A stretch of DNA of 63,543 bases, the filler included, from Octopus bimaculoides (taxonomy: Eukaryota): the NCBI RefSeq assembly GCF_001194135.2. It is 10 parts of 10 records of this genome, joined end to end, with 100 filler letters (N's around TTAATTAATTAA, not from the genome) between each part and the next. Parts side by side here need not be neighbours in the genome. Positions count along the whole stretch, not along the records: positions 1 to 9,710 come from NC_068986.1; positions 9,811 to 35,588 come from NC_069006.1; 8 more parts are not named here. The stretch is one strand, 5' to 3'. Positions within the stretch are counted from its first letter, which is position 1; the number at the start of each line of letters is the position of its first letter. Below are positions 1 to 13,594 of the stretch, in pieces. The notes beneath the pieces were generated by a model. The model did no database searches and was not told where the DNA came from. It was given only the letters and a program-made list of their open reading frames with translations. The position numbers and the translations under genes are program-made.

Positions 1-74
1 TATACGTACATATAAATGCATGTATGTATATATATATGTATGCATATATATACATATGTGTCTATATATGTATC

Positions 75-109
<35 letters not shown>

Positions 110-2069
110 ATGTGTGTATCGTGTGCGTGTGTGTGTACACATTCATTTATATATCTACATATATGTGCATACATACATGAGCATAAATAATGGATGTTAC
201 TTCAATACTCTAGTGATGCGGATCTTCTGTGTTTGCCTGCAAAACCTTAACATATTGATAGTATATTGGAAAATGCTGTAGTTAATATAGCATCTTCCAG
301 ATGTAACGTGTTTATTATAACTGGTATTATTTACATTTGAAAGCTATTTTCCGTTATAGAATATTATTTGCCATACCCGGTGGCATATTGTTTCCTTGAC
401 AAGTAACCCATCAATGATAGCGTTTATGAAATGAAAAATGAATAAAAGGGAGGAAAATATAGATAGAAATATATATGGAGATATTACATTCTGGGGAGGT
501 AATTGAAGGATTTTTATTATTGTTATTGCTTTTTTTTTCATCCCATATTGCTGTCTCATATTATTTGTTTTATAATGTTTTGGTCTTGCTCTAGGTCTTC
601 ACCATGATTCATATATATANNNNNNNNNNNNNNNNNNNNNNNNNNNNNNNNNNNNNNNNNNNNNNNNNNNNNNNNNNNNNNNNNNNNNNNNNNNNNNNNN
701 NNNNNNNNNNNNNNNNNNNNNNNNNNNNNNNNNNNNNNNNNNNNNNNNNNNNNNNNNNNNNNNNNNNNNNNNNNNNNNNNNNNNNNNNNNNNNNNNNNNN
801 NNNNNNNNNNNNNNNNNNNNNNNNNNNNNNNNNNNNNNNNNNNNNNNNNNNNNNNNNNNNNNNNNNNNNNNNNNNNNNNNNNNNNNNNNNNNNNNNNNNN
901 NNNNNNNNNNNNNNNNNNNNNNNNNNNNNNNNNNNNNNNNNNNNNNNNNNNNNNNNNNNNNNNNNNNNNNNNNNNNNNNNNNNNNNNNNNNNNNNNNNNN
1001 NNNNNNNNNNNNNNNNNNNNNNNNNNNNNNNNNNNNNNNNNNNNNNNNNNNNNNNNNNNNNNNNNNNNNNNNNNNNNNNNNNNNNNNNNNNNNNNNNNNN
1101 NNNNNNNNNNNNNNNNNNNNNNNNNNNNNNNNNNNNNNNNNNNNNNNNNNNNNNNNNNNNNNNNNNNNNNNNNNNNNNNNNNNNNNNNNNNNNNNNNNNN
1201 NNNNNNNNNNNNNNNNNNNNNNNNNNNNNNNNNNNNNNNNNNNNNNNNNNNNNNNNNNNNNNNNNNNNNNNNNNNNNNNNNNNNNNNNNNNNNNNNNNNN
1301 NNNNNNNNNNNNNNNNNNNNNNNNNNNNNNNNNNNNNNNNNNNNNNNNNNNNNNNNNNNNNNNNNNNNNNNNNNNNNNNNNNNNNNNNNNNNNNNNNNNN
1401 NNNNNNNNNNNNNNNNNNNNNNNNNNNNNNNNNNNNNNNNNNNNNNNNNNNNNNNNNNNNNNNNNNNNNNNNNNNNNNNNNNNNNNNNNNNNNNNNNNNN
1501 ATATATATATATATATATAAAAATATATATAGAAAAATATCTGAGTGTATGTTTCTGTGTACACTCACTTTCTCTTATCATTTCCTTCTCTCTCTTCTCT
1601 CTATTAATCTCTTTCTCTCGTGTATCACTACCTTTTGTTGCCTTCCTCCAAGTCTCTGCCTCCCTCATGTTCATTGTACCTTATATAATTTTTAACTGTT
1701 TGTATCTCACACTATCTCTTTCATAACAAGTTCAGATGAGATTTTTATTGATATTAAAAAAAAAAAGTACGACATAAAACAGCAAGAGATAGCATCATCT
1801 GTGCCAATGTATAATATTTTAGGACACTTATCGAAAGGAGTTCGTGTGAATACAATAAATATGACGCTGTATAAAAACAAAAAAGAAATCCTGTAACAAA
1901 AAACAATGAATAAAATCAGATACTGTTTAAAGATAATCGTAGGAGAGTCGCCCATCATATACATATTTATAGACATATATTCATGAACACATATACATAG
2001 AAATATGCACATGTATATACTTGCATATACTTATAAATGTACCCTTACCATAAATATAACATTATATTC

Positions 2070-2115
<46 letters not shown>

Positions 2116-3492
2116 TTGCAAATGCTAATAACCCCCACGAAATACACGCGACATATATTGAGAGTACTAGACGTGCGCAAATGCATATACGCATGTGTTT
2201 GCAAACATAAATGCAGTTACATATGGAAACTAATCTGCACATGGCTATAGATATGTACGTATACACCCATACATACATACGTATATGCATATATGTATAT
2301 ATTTTTATGCGTATACTCGCATATGAATGTACGATTGTATGTATGTATTTATGTGTGTGCGTGTGAATATATATATATATTCAACCATGTTTTGGTACAA
2401 AATTTGTATATGAGTGCCTACATGTACACATGTGATTGTATATAAAACGTTCCATCCAGGAAAAATTACCCCCGACCCAAAAGGAAAGCAAAAACCTGAT
2501 CGGTACATAAACCATCCATAAATTCCACTTTATAAAGCCCTATCTTTACAGGTATTTTCACTATCGTGCTTTAATATAACTGCATGCCCCTTACATATTG
2601 ATAATATGGATAATAATGTTTCCCAATTTCCATTTTTTTCATCCTGTTTCGCTTCTTTTCCTTTCCCTTCAACCGTTTACTGTGTCCCTTTTAAACAACA
2701 TAGTGAGTCGGTTGTTGTATTTCTTTTGAATGTTTTCCTTTCGTGAATTTATACGGAATCCTAAATATGATCGATATGCAATCGTGCATACTGAATACGT
2801 TGGATAAAATGGTATTAAAAATATTCTGTTCCTTACAATAAACAGTCTTCTGCAGTGTTGTTGCACATATATTTCAAAACATATATATATATATATATAT
2901 ATATATTATACATCCAACTGTATTGCTGGCATGGATTAGAACGTGTTCCCATAATTTACTACAAAAATAACTGGTCTTATAATTTTGCATTTATTAACAA
3001 AATTCGATAAGCTTAAAGAACTGTAAAAGCTTCGTGTGAGATACATTGCGTTGGTTTTCTTTCCTGAACTTTATTTTCGTGGTTCAAATCCTGTCTCACG
3101 TAAGTTTACCTTTCATCCCACTGTAGTCGAGAAAATTTAGCAACACCTCAGTCTCAATAATCTACAACTCGTAAATCACACGCACACAAACACACATGTA
3201 TACATATAGATATTCTACATAAAATATAAATTTACTTCTGCGATTGGTCTCTTTATCTCATTCTTTTATATGTATACACATGCTAATACACGACCCATGT
3301 TATATTCCCCATTCATGTTACAACCACATCTGGGGAAAAACTAGTCGGTATACAGCACTTACTCGGTAGCACCTGTATCTGTATATATATATATGGGGAG
3401 CAAGCAAGATAGATGACCATATACATTTGTAGCATATTATATTCGCAAAAAAAAAACGAATAAAATTGATGGATGCATTAGATTCGAATTTT

Positions 3493-3700
3493 GTCTCATG
3501 GCCAGCAAGTTCTGGGGGTGGGGTGGGGTAAGTCGATTACACCGAGCCTAGTATTCCACTGGTACTTATTTTATCTATCCATCCCAAAATATTATAATGC
3601 TAAGTCGATCTCCGCGAACTTTTACTTGGGAGCACAAAGACGGGCAAAATGTTGCTATGCTTTTGTCCGGCTCAATGGCGATTCTACCGCCTCGCCGCCT
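3493..3700 (-). mobile_element. tRNA-derived SINE, family A (head GGCGGCGAGCTGGCAGAA), degenerate copy
   Basis: Reverse complement starts AGGCGGCGAGGCGGTAGAATCGCC and carries the GTACCAGTGGA..TCGACTTA body shared with the copies at 36113 and 56140. Confidence 0.75.
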
Positions 3701-4904
3701 ACTGTGTGCTTATATCAGAATCAGTTACTTAATATATTCCAATAAATGTTTAGGAGAGGTTGCCTCAGAATATGACAACTGAACTAATTAGCCTTAAAAG
3801 GCTTGAAAATTCCAAATATTCGCACTCAAATCACAATATAATATCTACGAAAATAAGGAAGCTTGGAATCATAAAGGTTTAATGACATGGTTGGAACACA
3901 TATTACTTGGCTACTGTTGGATATGTTCGTTTTATAATTATACTGGTTATAATATAACCATACTTTTGTCTGGTCATTGCAGTAAACACCGATTGTCAAT
4001 AACCTCAGGTTGTTACCTCCACAGTCGAAAAATAAGGTAAGGAAAGAAAGGGGGATTTACCTGCATTGTCATTTTGAAGGAGATTGGTTTCCAACAAGTT
4101 TACAGTTACTTTCATTCTACTGAATTGCCCCTTCCAGATGTGTGTTCTACCGTAGCATTATCCGGTCAATATAAGCTATGGTGAAATTTGAGATATAGAA
4201 ACTGTACGGAAGTCATTCACATCTCCACCCAATACATATATTTTACAACAGATACATAGATAGATAGGCAAACTGACAGACAGACGGGAAAAGAAGTTCG
4301 AATGCAGGGGATATAGTGTAAGCCTGTGTTGGGTTACATGCATGAACTTTTCTTTGCGTATTCTGGTATAAAATCTTGCGTGATATTAAATTCGAAGACT
4401 GAAGCAACATATATAGTCTACACTGTTTACATTTGACCTAGCGATTCTGCAAATACGACGGACAAGACTAAGTAGTCATATTGGGAGGTCATTTGTTGAA
4501 ATCCAAGAAGGCGTTACTCTGTCATGGTCGTAATCTAATGACTGAAGCCGGTAAAAGTGTAAGTAAAGATTTAATCGACTTTATACCTCTCCAAAATATT
4601 ATGTTTTTTCGCAACGCAAAATAATAGTTGATATATATATTTCTTATTGATTTATGCGATATATATTCTATTGTATAGGCATTATCAAATGATCTTATGA
4701 AAATACATACGAGGGCAGGATCGGAAGACTTTCGGAATAAATTTCCCACAACCAGTCCTACTCTTACTTTGATCTCTGCTGTCGATAAAATAACAGAATT
4801 TGTTATATATGCATACATAAATATACATGTAGGTTATAATACGTACATATAAATATATACATACATATATATATATACATATACATACATACATACATAC
4901 ACAC

Positions 4905-4965
<61 letters not shown>

Positions 4966-5083
4966 CGTGTGTGTTTGTGTGTGTGTGTGTGTATGGTGAG
5001 CAAGCAAGATAGATGTCCATATAGATTCGTAGGGTATTATATTGACAAAAACCAGAATAAAATTGATAGATGTATTGATTGTT

Positions 5084-5130
<47 letters not shown>

Positions 5131-5640
5131 CATAACTGCATGTCGAGATGACTCAATATCCCAATAGAGTTGAGGGGAGGAATATTAAGTGTTGTCTGTT
5201 AAACATTTAATATTTAATCCTTTCTTGTGGTAACGTTGTTCACCCTGTTCGTTGTTATGCTTCAACTGATATGGAAATAAGTTATGTAAATAACCAACGA
5301 ATTTACGTAGATCACATATTCAAAATTCTCAATAGTAAATTCTGTTATCTTAATGTGGCAAATCGATCATTTTTCAAAAGGATAGCAATACGGGTAACTA
5401 TAAATATAATACCCTACACTGCTCCTAAAATGTCATATTCTCTTACGTAAGTGATGAGCTTCTCCACGTGATGAAATGACTTGTTTTATAACCTACTAGC
5501 AAAGCTTAGTCTCATAACAGTGGAGAATAGAATAGCTATGACGTATTTAAAGATTGTCATATTTGGCAATGCTTTCACTCACACGTGTTGCACGAATTTG
5601 ATGTATGTGACTGGACAGATTCTATAAACACTGCATTTTA

Positions 5641-5939
5641 TTTTATTCTTTTATTTGTTTCAGTCATTTCAATGCTGCCCTACTGGAGTAACGCCTTTAG
5701 TCGAACAGATCGACCGCTGGACTTATTCTTTGTAAGCCTATTACTTATTTTATCAGTCTATTTTTGCCGAAGCGCCAAGTTACAGGGACGTAAACACATC
5801 AACATCGATTGTCAAGCGATGGTGGGTGGGGGCAAACACAGACGCACAAGCACACACACACACAAAGACACACACACACACACATATGTATACGACGGGC
5901 TTCTTTCAGTTTCCGTCTACGAAATCCACTCATAAAGCC
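5641..5939 (-). mobile_element. SINE family B (internal CA/TA microsatellite), body and 3' end, head missing
   Basis: Matches the 41715 and 34557 copies (GTAGACGGAAACTGAAAGAAGCCCGTCG; TCGCTTGACAA; GACTGAAACAAATAAAAGAA tail). Confidence 0.85.
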
Positions 5940-6861
5940 AGACGTGATCTTCTGGAAATAGGGACAAAATTCTCTGAAACCATAGCATATAATCCTAAAA
6001 AAATAGATTCCGAAAACTAAGCTGTACTGTCTGAAGACATGACTGTGTGACTACCGCTGGAACACAATTCTTCATTGGTCTTTTCAGTGTAGGTTGACTG
6101 TGGACAACTCAACAACACAGCAACCAGACATTTCACTGAAAAAGAACTGGTATCTTTTAATACAGTAGAATGACGCAGTAGTTTGTGTATATCAATGGAA
6201 TTATTTACACTGCGATTTCCAACAATCTATCGCATAATTTTTTTGTTCCGTGTTCTTTTTTTTTTTTTGTATAAGCCGACGTTAGCGTGTAGAAAAATAA
6301 TTTTGCATGTAAGCAGTTTTTCATGCGTAATCTATAAACTGACAAACGAATAAATGTATGCGTTTGTGGGTTTGTGTATGGAGACACATTGTTGGTGTGT
6401 GTGCGTGTTGTCTGTTTAGGTATAGTTTTCATGAGATTTCTTTAATCTTTAGGAATATTTTTGTTGTATAATTTCAATAGAGAATAAAGCAAAAAGAATA
6501 TATAATACATAGAGCCAAAAATGATTCCGTAGTACGAGGCAGAAAACTTAAACATCGTTTATCAGAATATCATTATTCATTGAGAAACATATTCGTTTCG
6601 TTTTGACAGGATCACTATCATTTCGTGTTTCGTTTGTTGAACAATTCACATTTCTGAAATATTCAGTAGAAAGAATATATGGACTTACAGACATTTCTTT
6701 TTTCTCAGTTAAGGAAAATCTGAAAAAGAAAAGACAGACAACCATATGCATTGCTTCACTCCAGACACACACAGATACACACAAATACATGGTCTTCTTC
6801 GGGAACTTAAACACGCATATATGTGTGCCCACATTATTTATATAAATTCCTTCATATGCAT

Positions 6862-6948
<87 letters not shown>

Positions 6949-8259
6949 TGTCTGTCTGAGTGTATATAAAGAAACATATATGTATGTGTATATATACAAC
7001 GCACATACATTTATAAATAAAATTAAAAAAATATATATTTGACCTGATGCTTGTATTACAAGCAGAGGCTATTAACGTCAGAAAAAAAGATATGGCTTCT
7101 GCCTTCACAATTGTCCTTTTAAAATAACCTTTCACTCATAAATATATAATTCTGTATATCTAAATATACGATGGACAGTCATTTTCAAGTCACATTGGCG
7201 TCAGATGATTTAAATCTTCAATGCTTTTACTCATTTTCATCCATCATTGTTCATATACACTTTCTCATTTATCTAATTACATTCACTTTGCTTCTGTTGT
7301 TTTTTCGTTTTTTTTCTTTTCTCTTTATGATTTAAAAGAATGAGGGAATCATAGAATATTAATAATAATAACAAGGATTCAGTAGATTATTGTATTGTTT
7401 TCAGAGATTATGCCAGAGAATGGAACGCAAAAAACCATAATCTGACAAAAGCTTCGTGCTAAATGCCAATATTCGAATGGGAAAATATTTTAATTTACTT
7501 CCATTGCAATAGCATAAGATAAGATGACGCGAAAATTGAAATCTTGACAGAAACATATAGCGGAGACGATTTCCTTACAAGTGAAATATCGCAGGAAACT
7601 TTTATTTCATCTTAGCAGACAGAGTTACTGGTCTTGCATTTGTGTTTGATATATTTTATGACTTTCCATAACACTTGATCTTTAAGAATTTACTCAACGA
7701 TAATGGAATAGAATGGCAAAGACAGCCGAAAGAGATAGGCGTGTGCAAGAAAGAGAATTAACTGTTTTGCCGTAAACCTTACTTTATCACCCAGTCATTT
7801 TTTGTTCGTGCTCTTTAAATCTTTAACATGATAAATATTCTTAATATTTATATAGCGTGATTAAGCATTGTTTTATCATTCTTTAGAGAAAAATTAATTA
7901 CTTCCATTTATAATGCATAAGCATTATGTGTTGCGTAAATATGTATGTACAAACACTGCTAAGTATGTGTATACACACACACACACACACACNNNNNNNN
8001 NNNNNNNNNNNNNNNNNNNNNNNNNNNNNNNNNNNNNNNNNNNNNNNNNNNNNNNNNNNNNNNNNNNNNNNNNNNNNNNNNNNNNNNNNNNNNNNNNNNN
8101 NNNNNNNNNNNNNNNNNNNNNNNNNNNNNNNNNNNNNNNNNNNNNNNNNNNNNNNNNNNNNNNNNNNNNNNNNNNNNNNNNNNNNNNNNNNNNNNNNNNN
8201 NNNNNNNNNNNNNNNNNNNNNNNNNNNNNNNNNNNNNNNNNNNNNNNNNNNNNNNNNNN

Positions 8260-8300
<41 letters not shown>

Positions 8301-8713
8301 GTATTGTATATAAAGTGTGTGAGTACATATCTATACAACATATACATACATATATATATATATGTATGCGTTGTATGTGTATATATATAGACACAACATA
8401 CAGATACATATATATGTGTATGCATGTATGTATGTATATGTTGCATTTCTATATGCGTAATTTAATATGTATTTATGCGTGTATTTACGTATATGTATAA
8501 AAGGCTTCAGGCTCAAGCGATTTTGGTCTGATACTCTATATCACTAGGCCTCTCGTCTTCAAGCACAATGCAAACAGAAGACACAAACACACATTCACCG
8601 AACAGGAAATAAGCAAACACAATCCCGCACACACCACCTCGATATGCAAGCAATGAGATTCTAAGAGCATTAGAAAACCACAGATACAAATGTATTCAGA
8701 TGTGAAACAAATG

Positions 8714-8956
8714 GTTGTTCGTCCGTCGAACGACGAGGACCTTCTGATCATCCTAGAAAGGGTGGGGAGGTCATCATCGGTGAGTGCGGAGATGGCTGAT
8801 AAGCCCTATTCGCGCTTGGAACGATCTGCTGCAGTAGGGACAGGGAATGGTAGCAGGTGCCGGGGACTTCAAAGCAGTGTTCTTTTTGTTCTGCCTGCTC
8901 TTCTCTGCAGCAGCTTCCCTGTCACTTTCATATTGGCGGGCACCGCTGTGAACAAA
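8714..8956 (-). mobile_element. RTE/BovB-clade LINE 3' fragment (ORF C-terminus and 3'UTR)
   Basis: Translates as VHSGARQYESDREAAAEKSRQNKK...IPCPYCSRSFQARIGLISHLRTHR*, the C2H2-like C-terminus typical of RTE ORFs. It is followed by GTCCTCGTCGTTCGACGGACGAACAAC, an RTE-type 3' end. Confidence 0.85.
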
Positions 8957-9344
8957 GATAATGGTATAGAATGGCAAAGACAGCCGAAAGAGATAGGCGT
9001 GTGCAAGAAAGAGAATTAACTGTTTTGTCGTGAAAGTAGTTTGAAACATCAGAGAATCGAATTCTTTTCCGTTTAGATTCAATATATCTAACGTGGTACC
9101 AAGAAATACTTTTAAAACTTTTAAATGCAGCCATTCATAATGTTTTGTTGCAAATTTGGTGCATTCGCTAGACTGCTGCCATTCCGGGGTTTAGTCGAAC
9201 AATTCCAGTTTTGTACTCCTCCGTGCTGAACTGCTAAGTTACGATGACGATGACATAAATAAACCATCACCGTTGTCAAGCAGTGATAGTAGACAAAAAG
9301 GGAAAAAAGACATATACAAACGCCCATGTATATATATATATATT

Positions 9345-9710
9345 GTGGAAGAATTTAACACCCTCCTGAACAACCTACACCCATCCATCCAATTTACAAA
9401 GGAGATGAACAGTAGCAAATTACCATTTCTAGATATAATGGTAATTAAAAAGAACACCGCCATTACCACAGATATATATTACAAACACACAGACACACAC
9501 CAATACTTGAACTTTAAATCGTGCCATCCACCCCATACAAAACGCAACATACCATACTACCTAGCCAGGAGAATATGTACTATTGTAGAGGATATAGAGA
9601 CCAGAAATCAACGTCTGATGGAACTGAAAGAATTTCTGCTGAAGCAAAAATACCCATCACGACTCATAGAAAATGGTATTCAGCGGGCTTCGAAAATACC
9701 CATACAACAA
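9345..9710 (+). mobile_element. Penelope-like element (Poseidon-type) reverse transcriptase C-terminal/thumb fragment, cut by a gap
   Basis: Uninterrupted VEEFNTLLNNLHPSIQFTKEMNSSKLPFLDIMVIKKNTAITTDIYYKHTDTHQYLNFKSCHPPHTKRNIPYYLARRICTIVE...LLKQKYPSRLIENGIQRA matches the PLE motifs LN..HP.IQFT.E, LPFLD, T.+Y.K.T...YL.F.S.HP and GYP. Its 5' side abuts (TA)n. Confidence 0.9.
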
Positions 9711-9754
9711 NNNNNNNNNNNNNNNNNNNNNNNNNNNNNNNNNNNNNNNNNNNN

Positions 9755-9766
9755 TTAATTAATTAA
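9755..9766. other. Artificial scaffold-join marker TTAATTAATTAA in a 100-bp gap (also at 35633, 40376, 44616, 51659, 55032, 58137, 60226, 62184)
   Basis: The same 12-mer occurs nine times, each inside a 100-bp N-padded gap (44 N either side where counted). It is palindromic and gives stops in all six frames. Confidence 0.97.
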
Positions 9767-9810
9767 NNNNNNNNNNNNNNNNNNNNNNNNNNNNNNNNNN
9801 NNNNNNNNNN

Positions 9811-9844
<34 letters not shown>

Positions 9845-10148
9845 TCTGTGTGTCTCTGTGTGTCTCTGTGTGTCTGTGTGTGTGTGTGTTTGTGTGTCTG
9901 TGTGTGAGTGTTACACACAAAGACACAAAGACATACACAGACTCACAAACACACACACAGACACACAAATCCAAACACATACAAACACGCAAACAAACGC
10001 ATGCAAACACACACACACACACACACAAACACACACAAACCACAAACACGCACATACAAACACGCAAAGCCACATACAAACACAAACACACGCGCACACA
10101 CACGCGCACACACACACACACACATATGTATGTATGTATATATACATA

Positions 10149-10205
<57 letters not shown>

Positions 10206-10726
10206 NNNNNNNNNNNNNNNNNNNNNNNNNNNNNNNNNNNNNNNNNNNNNNNNNNNNNNNNNNNNNNNNNNNNNNNNNNNNNNNNNNNNNNNNNNNNNNN
10301 NNNNNNNNNNNNNNNNNNNNNNNNNNNNNNNNNNNNNNNNNNNNNNNNNNNNNNNNNNNNNNNNNNNNNNNNNNNNNNNNNNNNNNNNNNNNNNNNNNNN
10401 NNNNNNNNNNNNNNNNNNNNNNNNNNNNNNNNNNNNNNNNNNNNNNNNNNNNNNNNNNNAAATGAAACCCGCTCCCCCCCCCTCCATGCTCTATACATAC
10501 ATGCATGTTCTTTAACCTCCACCCACCCCGTTCGCTCCCTACCCCACCTTATCCTCTTTAGAAGTATCGCATAAAGGTAGGTACCCCACCAACCACCCCT
10601 GAGGTACCCAAATCACAAATCTCTTACTATCAACATATCAACAGCCGTCCTCTCTGTTAACTTCCTTTCGAAGTTGATGTGATTTTGCGTGCGCGCGCGC
10701 GCGTGTACACACGCATACTTTCACAC

Positions 10727-10758
<32 letters not shown>

Positions 10759-11275
10759 ATCTAAGTGTATGTTCATATGTATGTACGTAAGTGTGTGTAT
10801 GAGAATCTATATGCGCTTCTGTATCTGTGAACATAAATACGCATACACATGCACACACACATACTTATACATACACGGACATGTGTATATATGTGTATAT
10901 ATATGTGTGTGTATGTTTGTGTGTGTGTGTGTGTGCCTATGTGGGTCCGGGTATATGTACATATTTATGTATTTATTATATGTAGTTTACGTACACACAC
11001 AGATACGCACACACACACACACACACATATATACACATGCATAAATAAGTATATGAATATATATATATACATGTATATACTTACATACTTATATATTATA
11101 TATACATGTATTTACATATATGTGTGAATACAATATTAGGATAAAGACTATAAGAATTTATCAAGTAGTTAGCGTGAAAAAACCTCATAAGGAAAATAAC
11201 CCATCATTTTTTTCCATAAATATATATAATTTAATTTAATCAAATTATATGTGTGAATATATATATTTATTTGCG

Positions 11276-11320
<45 letters not shown>

Positions 11321-11670
11321 GGTGCAAAAAAGAAACGCAGCAGAATGTATTAGCTTTACGGCCCGGAACAATAGTAGGAAAACACTTTTACCATTCACGC
11401 ATTCGTCTTTTTAGTCTCAGCAAATCTCTGTGGCTATGTATGTATGTATGTAGTGACATTTTCATATCAAGGCATATTATGCACCAAATTCAATAAAATT
11501 ACGAAGGTTACTCTGATTACTATGCATAAAATGCAAAATATTTTAGTTTATCTGTAGATTCGGTAGGCATACTTTACTTTTGCCTTTCAATCTCAGTATT
11601 AAAACTACACATAGTATTGCTGTAGTATATGTGCTGCGTACATTCCTGCAACAACGTTTTCGCTACGCAC

Positions 11671-11706
11671 TATAAAAGCAGAAGTAAATCTGCCTCCTAC
11701 TCAGTC
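11671..11706 (+). promoter_or_regulatory. Candidate Pol II core promoter (TATA box + initiator)
   Basis: TATAAAAG at 11671 and TCAGTC at 11701 put the TATA T at -32 from the Inr A (11703). The surrounding sequence is non-repetitive. Confidence 0.35.
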
Positions 11707-11840
11707 GTGAGCCTGTGTTTCACTTACTTTTTTTCTGTTTTATTACATAAACGTCACCAACTGCCCACCCTGAGTAATTACTGACAGCACGTGCCTAGTA
11801 TGTATGTATGTATGTATGTATGTATGTATGTACGTCAATC

Positions 11841-11973
11841 AAATTCACTCACATAAGTACTGATCGGTTCTGGGCTGGGATAGGTGTTACTAGTCCAAAG
11901 TGTCACGCAGTGGCACTCAACTTGATACCACAGGTTTGTTAAAGCGAGTTTGTTAACCACACAACCATACCTG
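11841..11973 (-). mobile_element. SINE family B head, degenerate
   Basis: Reverse complement reads CAGGTATGGTTGTGTGGTTAACAAACTCGCT...CCACTGCGTGACACTTTGG...GTGAGTGAATTT. Confidence 0.65.
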
Positions 11974-12392
11974 TCCGTATAAATAAGTAACAGACACCGT
12001 GTGCCGAAACCCGATAAATAAAAAAAAAATGTCTGAGAAGTACTCAGCCACTTGGTGCATCATTCAGCGAATCTGGAGCTCAATCGTTGCAACAACTGTC
12101 TAAGAATCCATTAATTCTCTTAATTACTATGTTAATACATATTGTACTAATTGGTATAGGAGGCTTAAGAAATATAATACAGACAAATAGTGGCGATCAA
12201 AACATACTGTCATCAGGCAACCATCGTTTATGTAATAACAGATGAATATTCGCTAAATATTTACAGTTGCCTTCTAATGTAAAACTGACGGGGCTTCGAG
12301 TCAATGGGATCCGCTTGCCAAAGCCATCTATGATATTACCTTATATACATAACACACAGACACACATATGTATGTGTGTATATATATATATG

Positions 12393-12428
<36 letters not shown>

Positions 12429-12682
12429 TTACATATGTATGTAGGTATAATGACACGCACACGGAGATTAAAAGGATTTATCTGTCTGCAGAATCTGTTA
12501 ACCAATTTAATGTTCAGCTATTTCTATGCTCTGAGGGCGTTTGGTTGATGTAGGAAAGCAGTGTATTGAATTTCTTATAATAGGTGTATGTTGCCCGTGT
12601 GAATGTGTTGCGTGTGTGTGTGTGTGTGTGTGTTCATACGTGTGCCTAATTATCTATTTATATCCACCACATATTACCGATA

Positions 12683-12740
<58 letters not shown>

Positions 12741-13530
12741 CTGAGATCTTGCTCTATGTATTATGTATTTATCTATTTCCTACATATATGCATATATACA
12801 CACATGCTTACGCACATGCACACATATATGCATGCAAGAATACATATATNNNNNNNNNNNNNNNNNNNNNNNNNNNNNNNNNNNNNNNNNNNNNNNNNNN
12901 NNNNNNNNNNNNNNNNNNNNNNNNNNNNNNNNNNNNNNNNNNNNNNNNNNNNNNNNNNNNNNNNNNNNNNNNNNNNNNNNNNNNNNNNNNNNNNNNNNNN
13001 NNNNNNNNNNNNNNNNNNNNNNNNNNNNNNNNNNNNNNNNNNNNNNNNNNNNNNNNNNNNNNNNNNNNNNNNNNNNNNNNNNNNNNNNNNNNNNNNNNNN
13101 NNNNNNNNNNNNNNNNNNNNNNNNNNNNNNNNNNNNNNNNNNNNNNNNNNNNNNNNNNNNNNNNNNNNNNNNNNNNNNNNNNNNNNNNNNNNNNNNNNNN
13201 NNNNNNNNNNNNNNNNNNNNNNNNNNNNNNNNNNNNNNNNNNNNNNNNNNNNNNNNNNNNNNNNNNNNNNNNNNNNNNNNNNNNNNNNNNNNNNNNNNNN
13301 NNNNNNNNNNNNNNNNNNNNNNNNNNNNNNNNNNNNNNNNNNNNNNNNNNNNNNNNNNNNNNNNNNNNNNNNNNNNNNNNNNNNNNNNNNNNNNNNNNNN
13401 NNNNNNNNNNNNNNNNNNNNNNNNNNNNNNNNNNNNNNNNNNNNNNNNNNNNNNNNNNNNNNNNNNNNNNNNNNNNNNNNNNNNNNNNNNNNNNNNNNNN
13501 NNNNNNNNNNNNNNNNNNNNNNNNNNNNNN

Positions 13531-13594
<64 letters not shown>

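Noticed and set aside
556-1695. Long ORFs spanning N runs (also at 12.6, 17.2, 24, 27.6, 30.7, 38.7, 42.5, 45, 49 and 60.5 kb)
   Set aside because: They are open only because N codons are not stops, and the flanks are microsatellite translations.
9811-10205. His/Thr-rich and Cys/Val-rich ORFs; TG-then-CA fold-back appearance
   Set aside because: These are translations of degenerate (CA)n/(TG)n, and the complementarity is trivial for these repeats.
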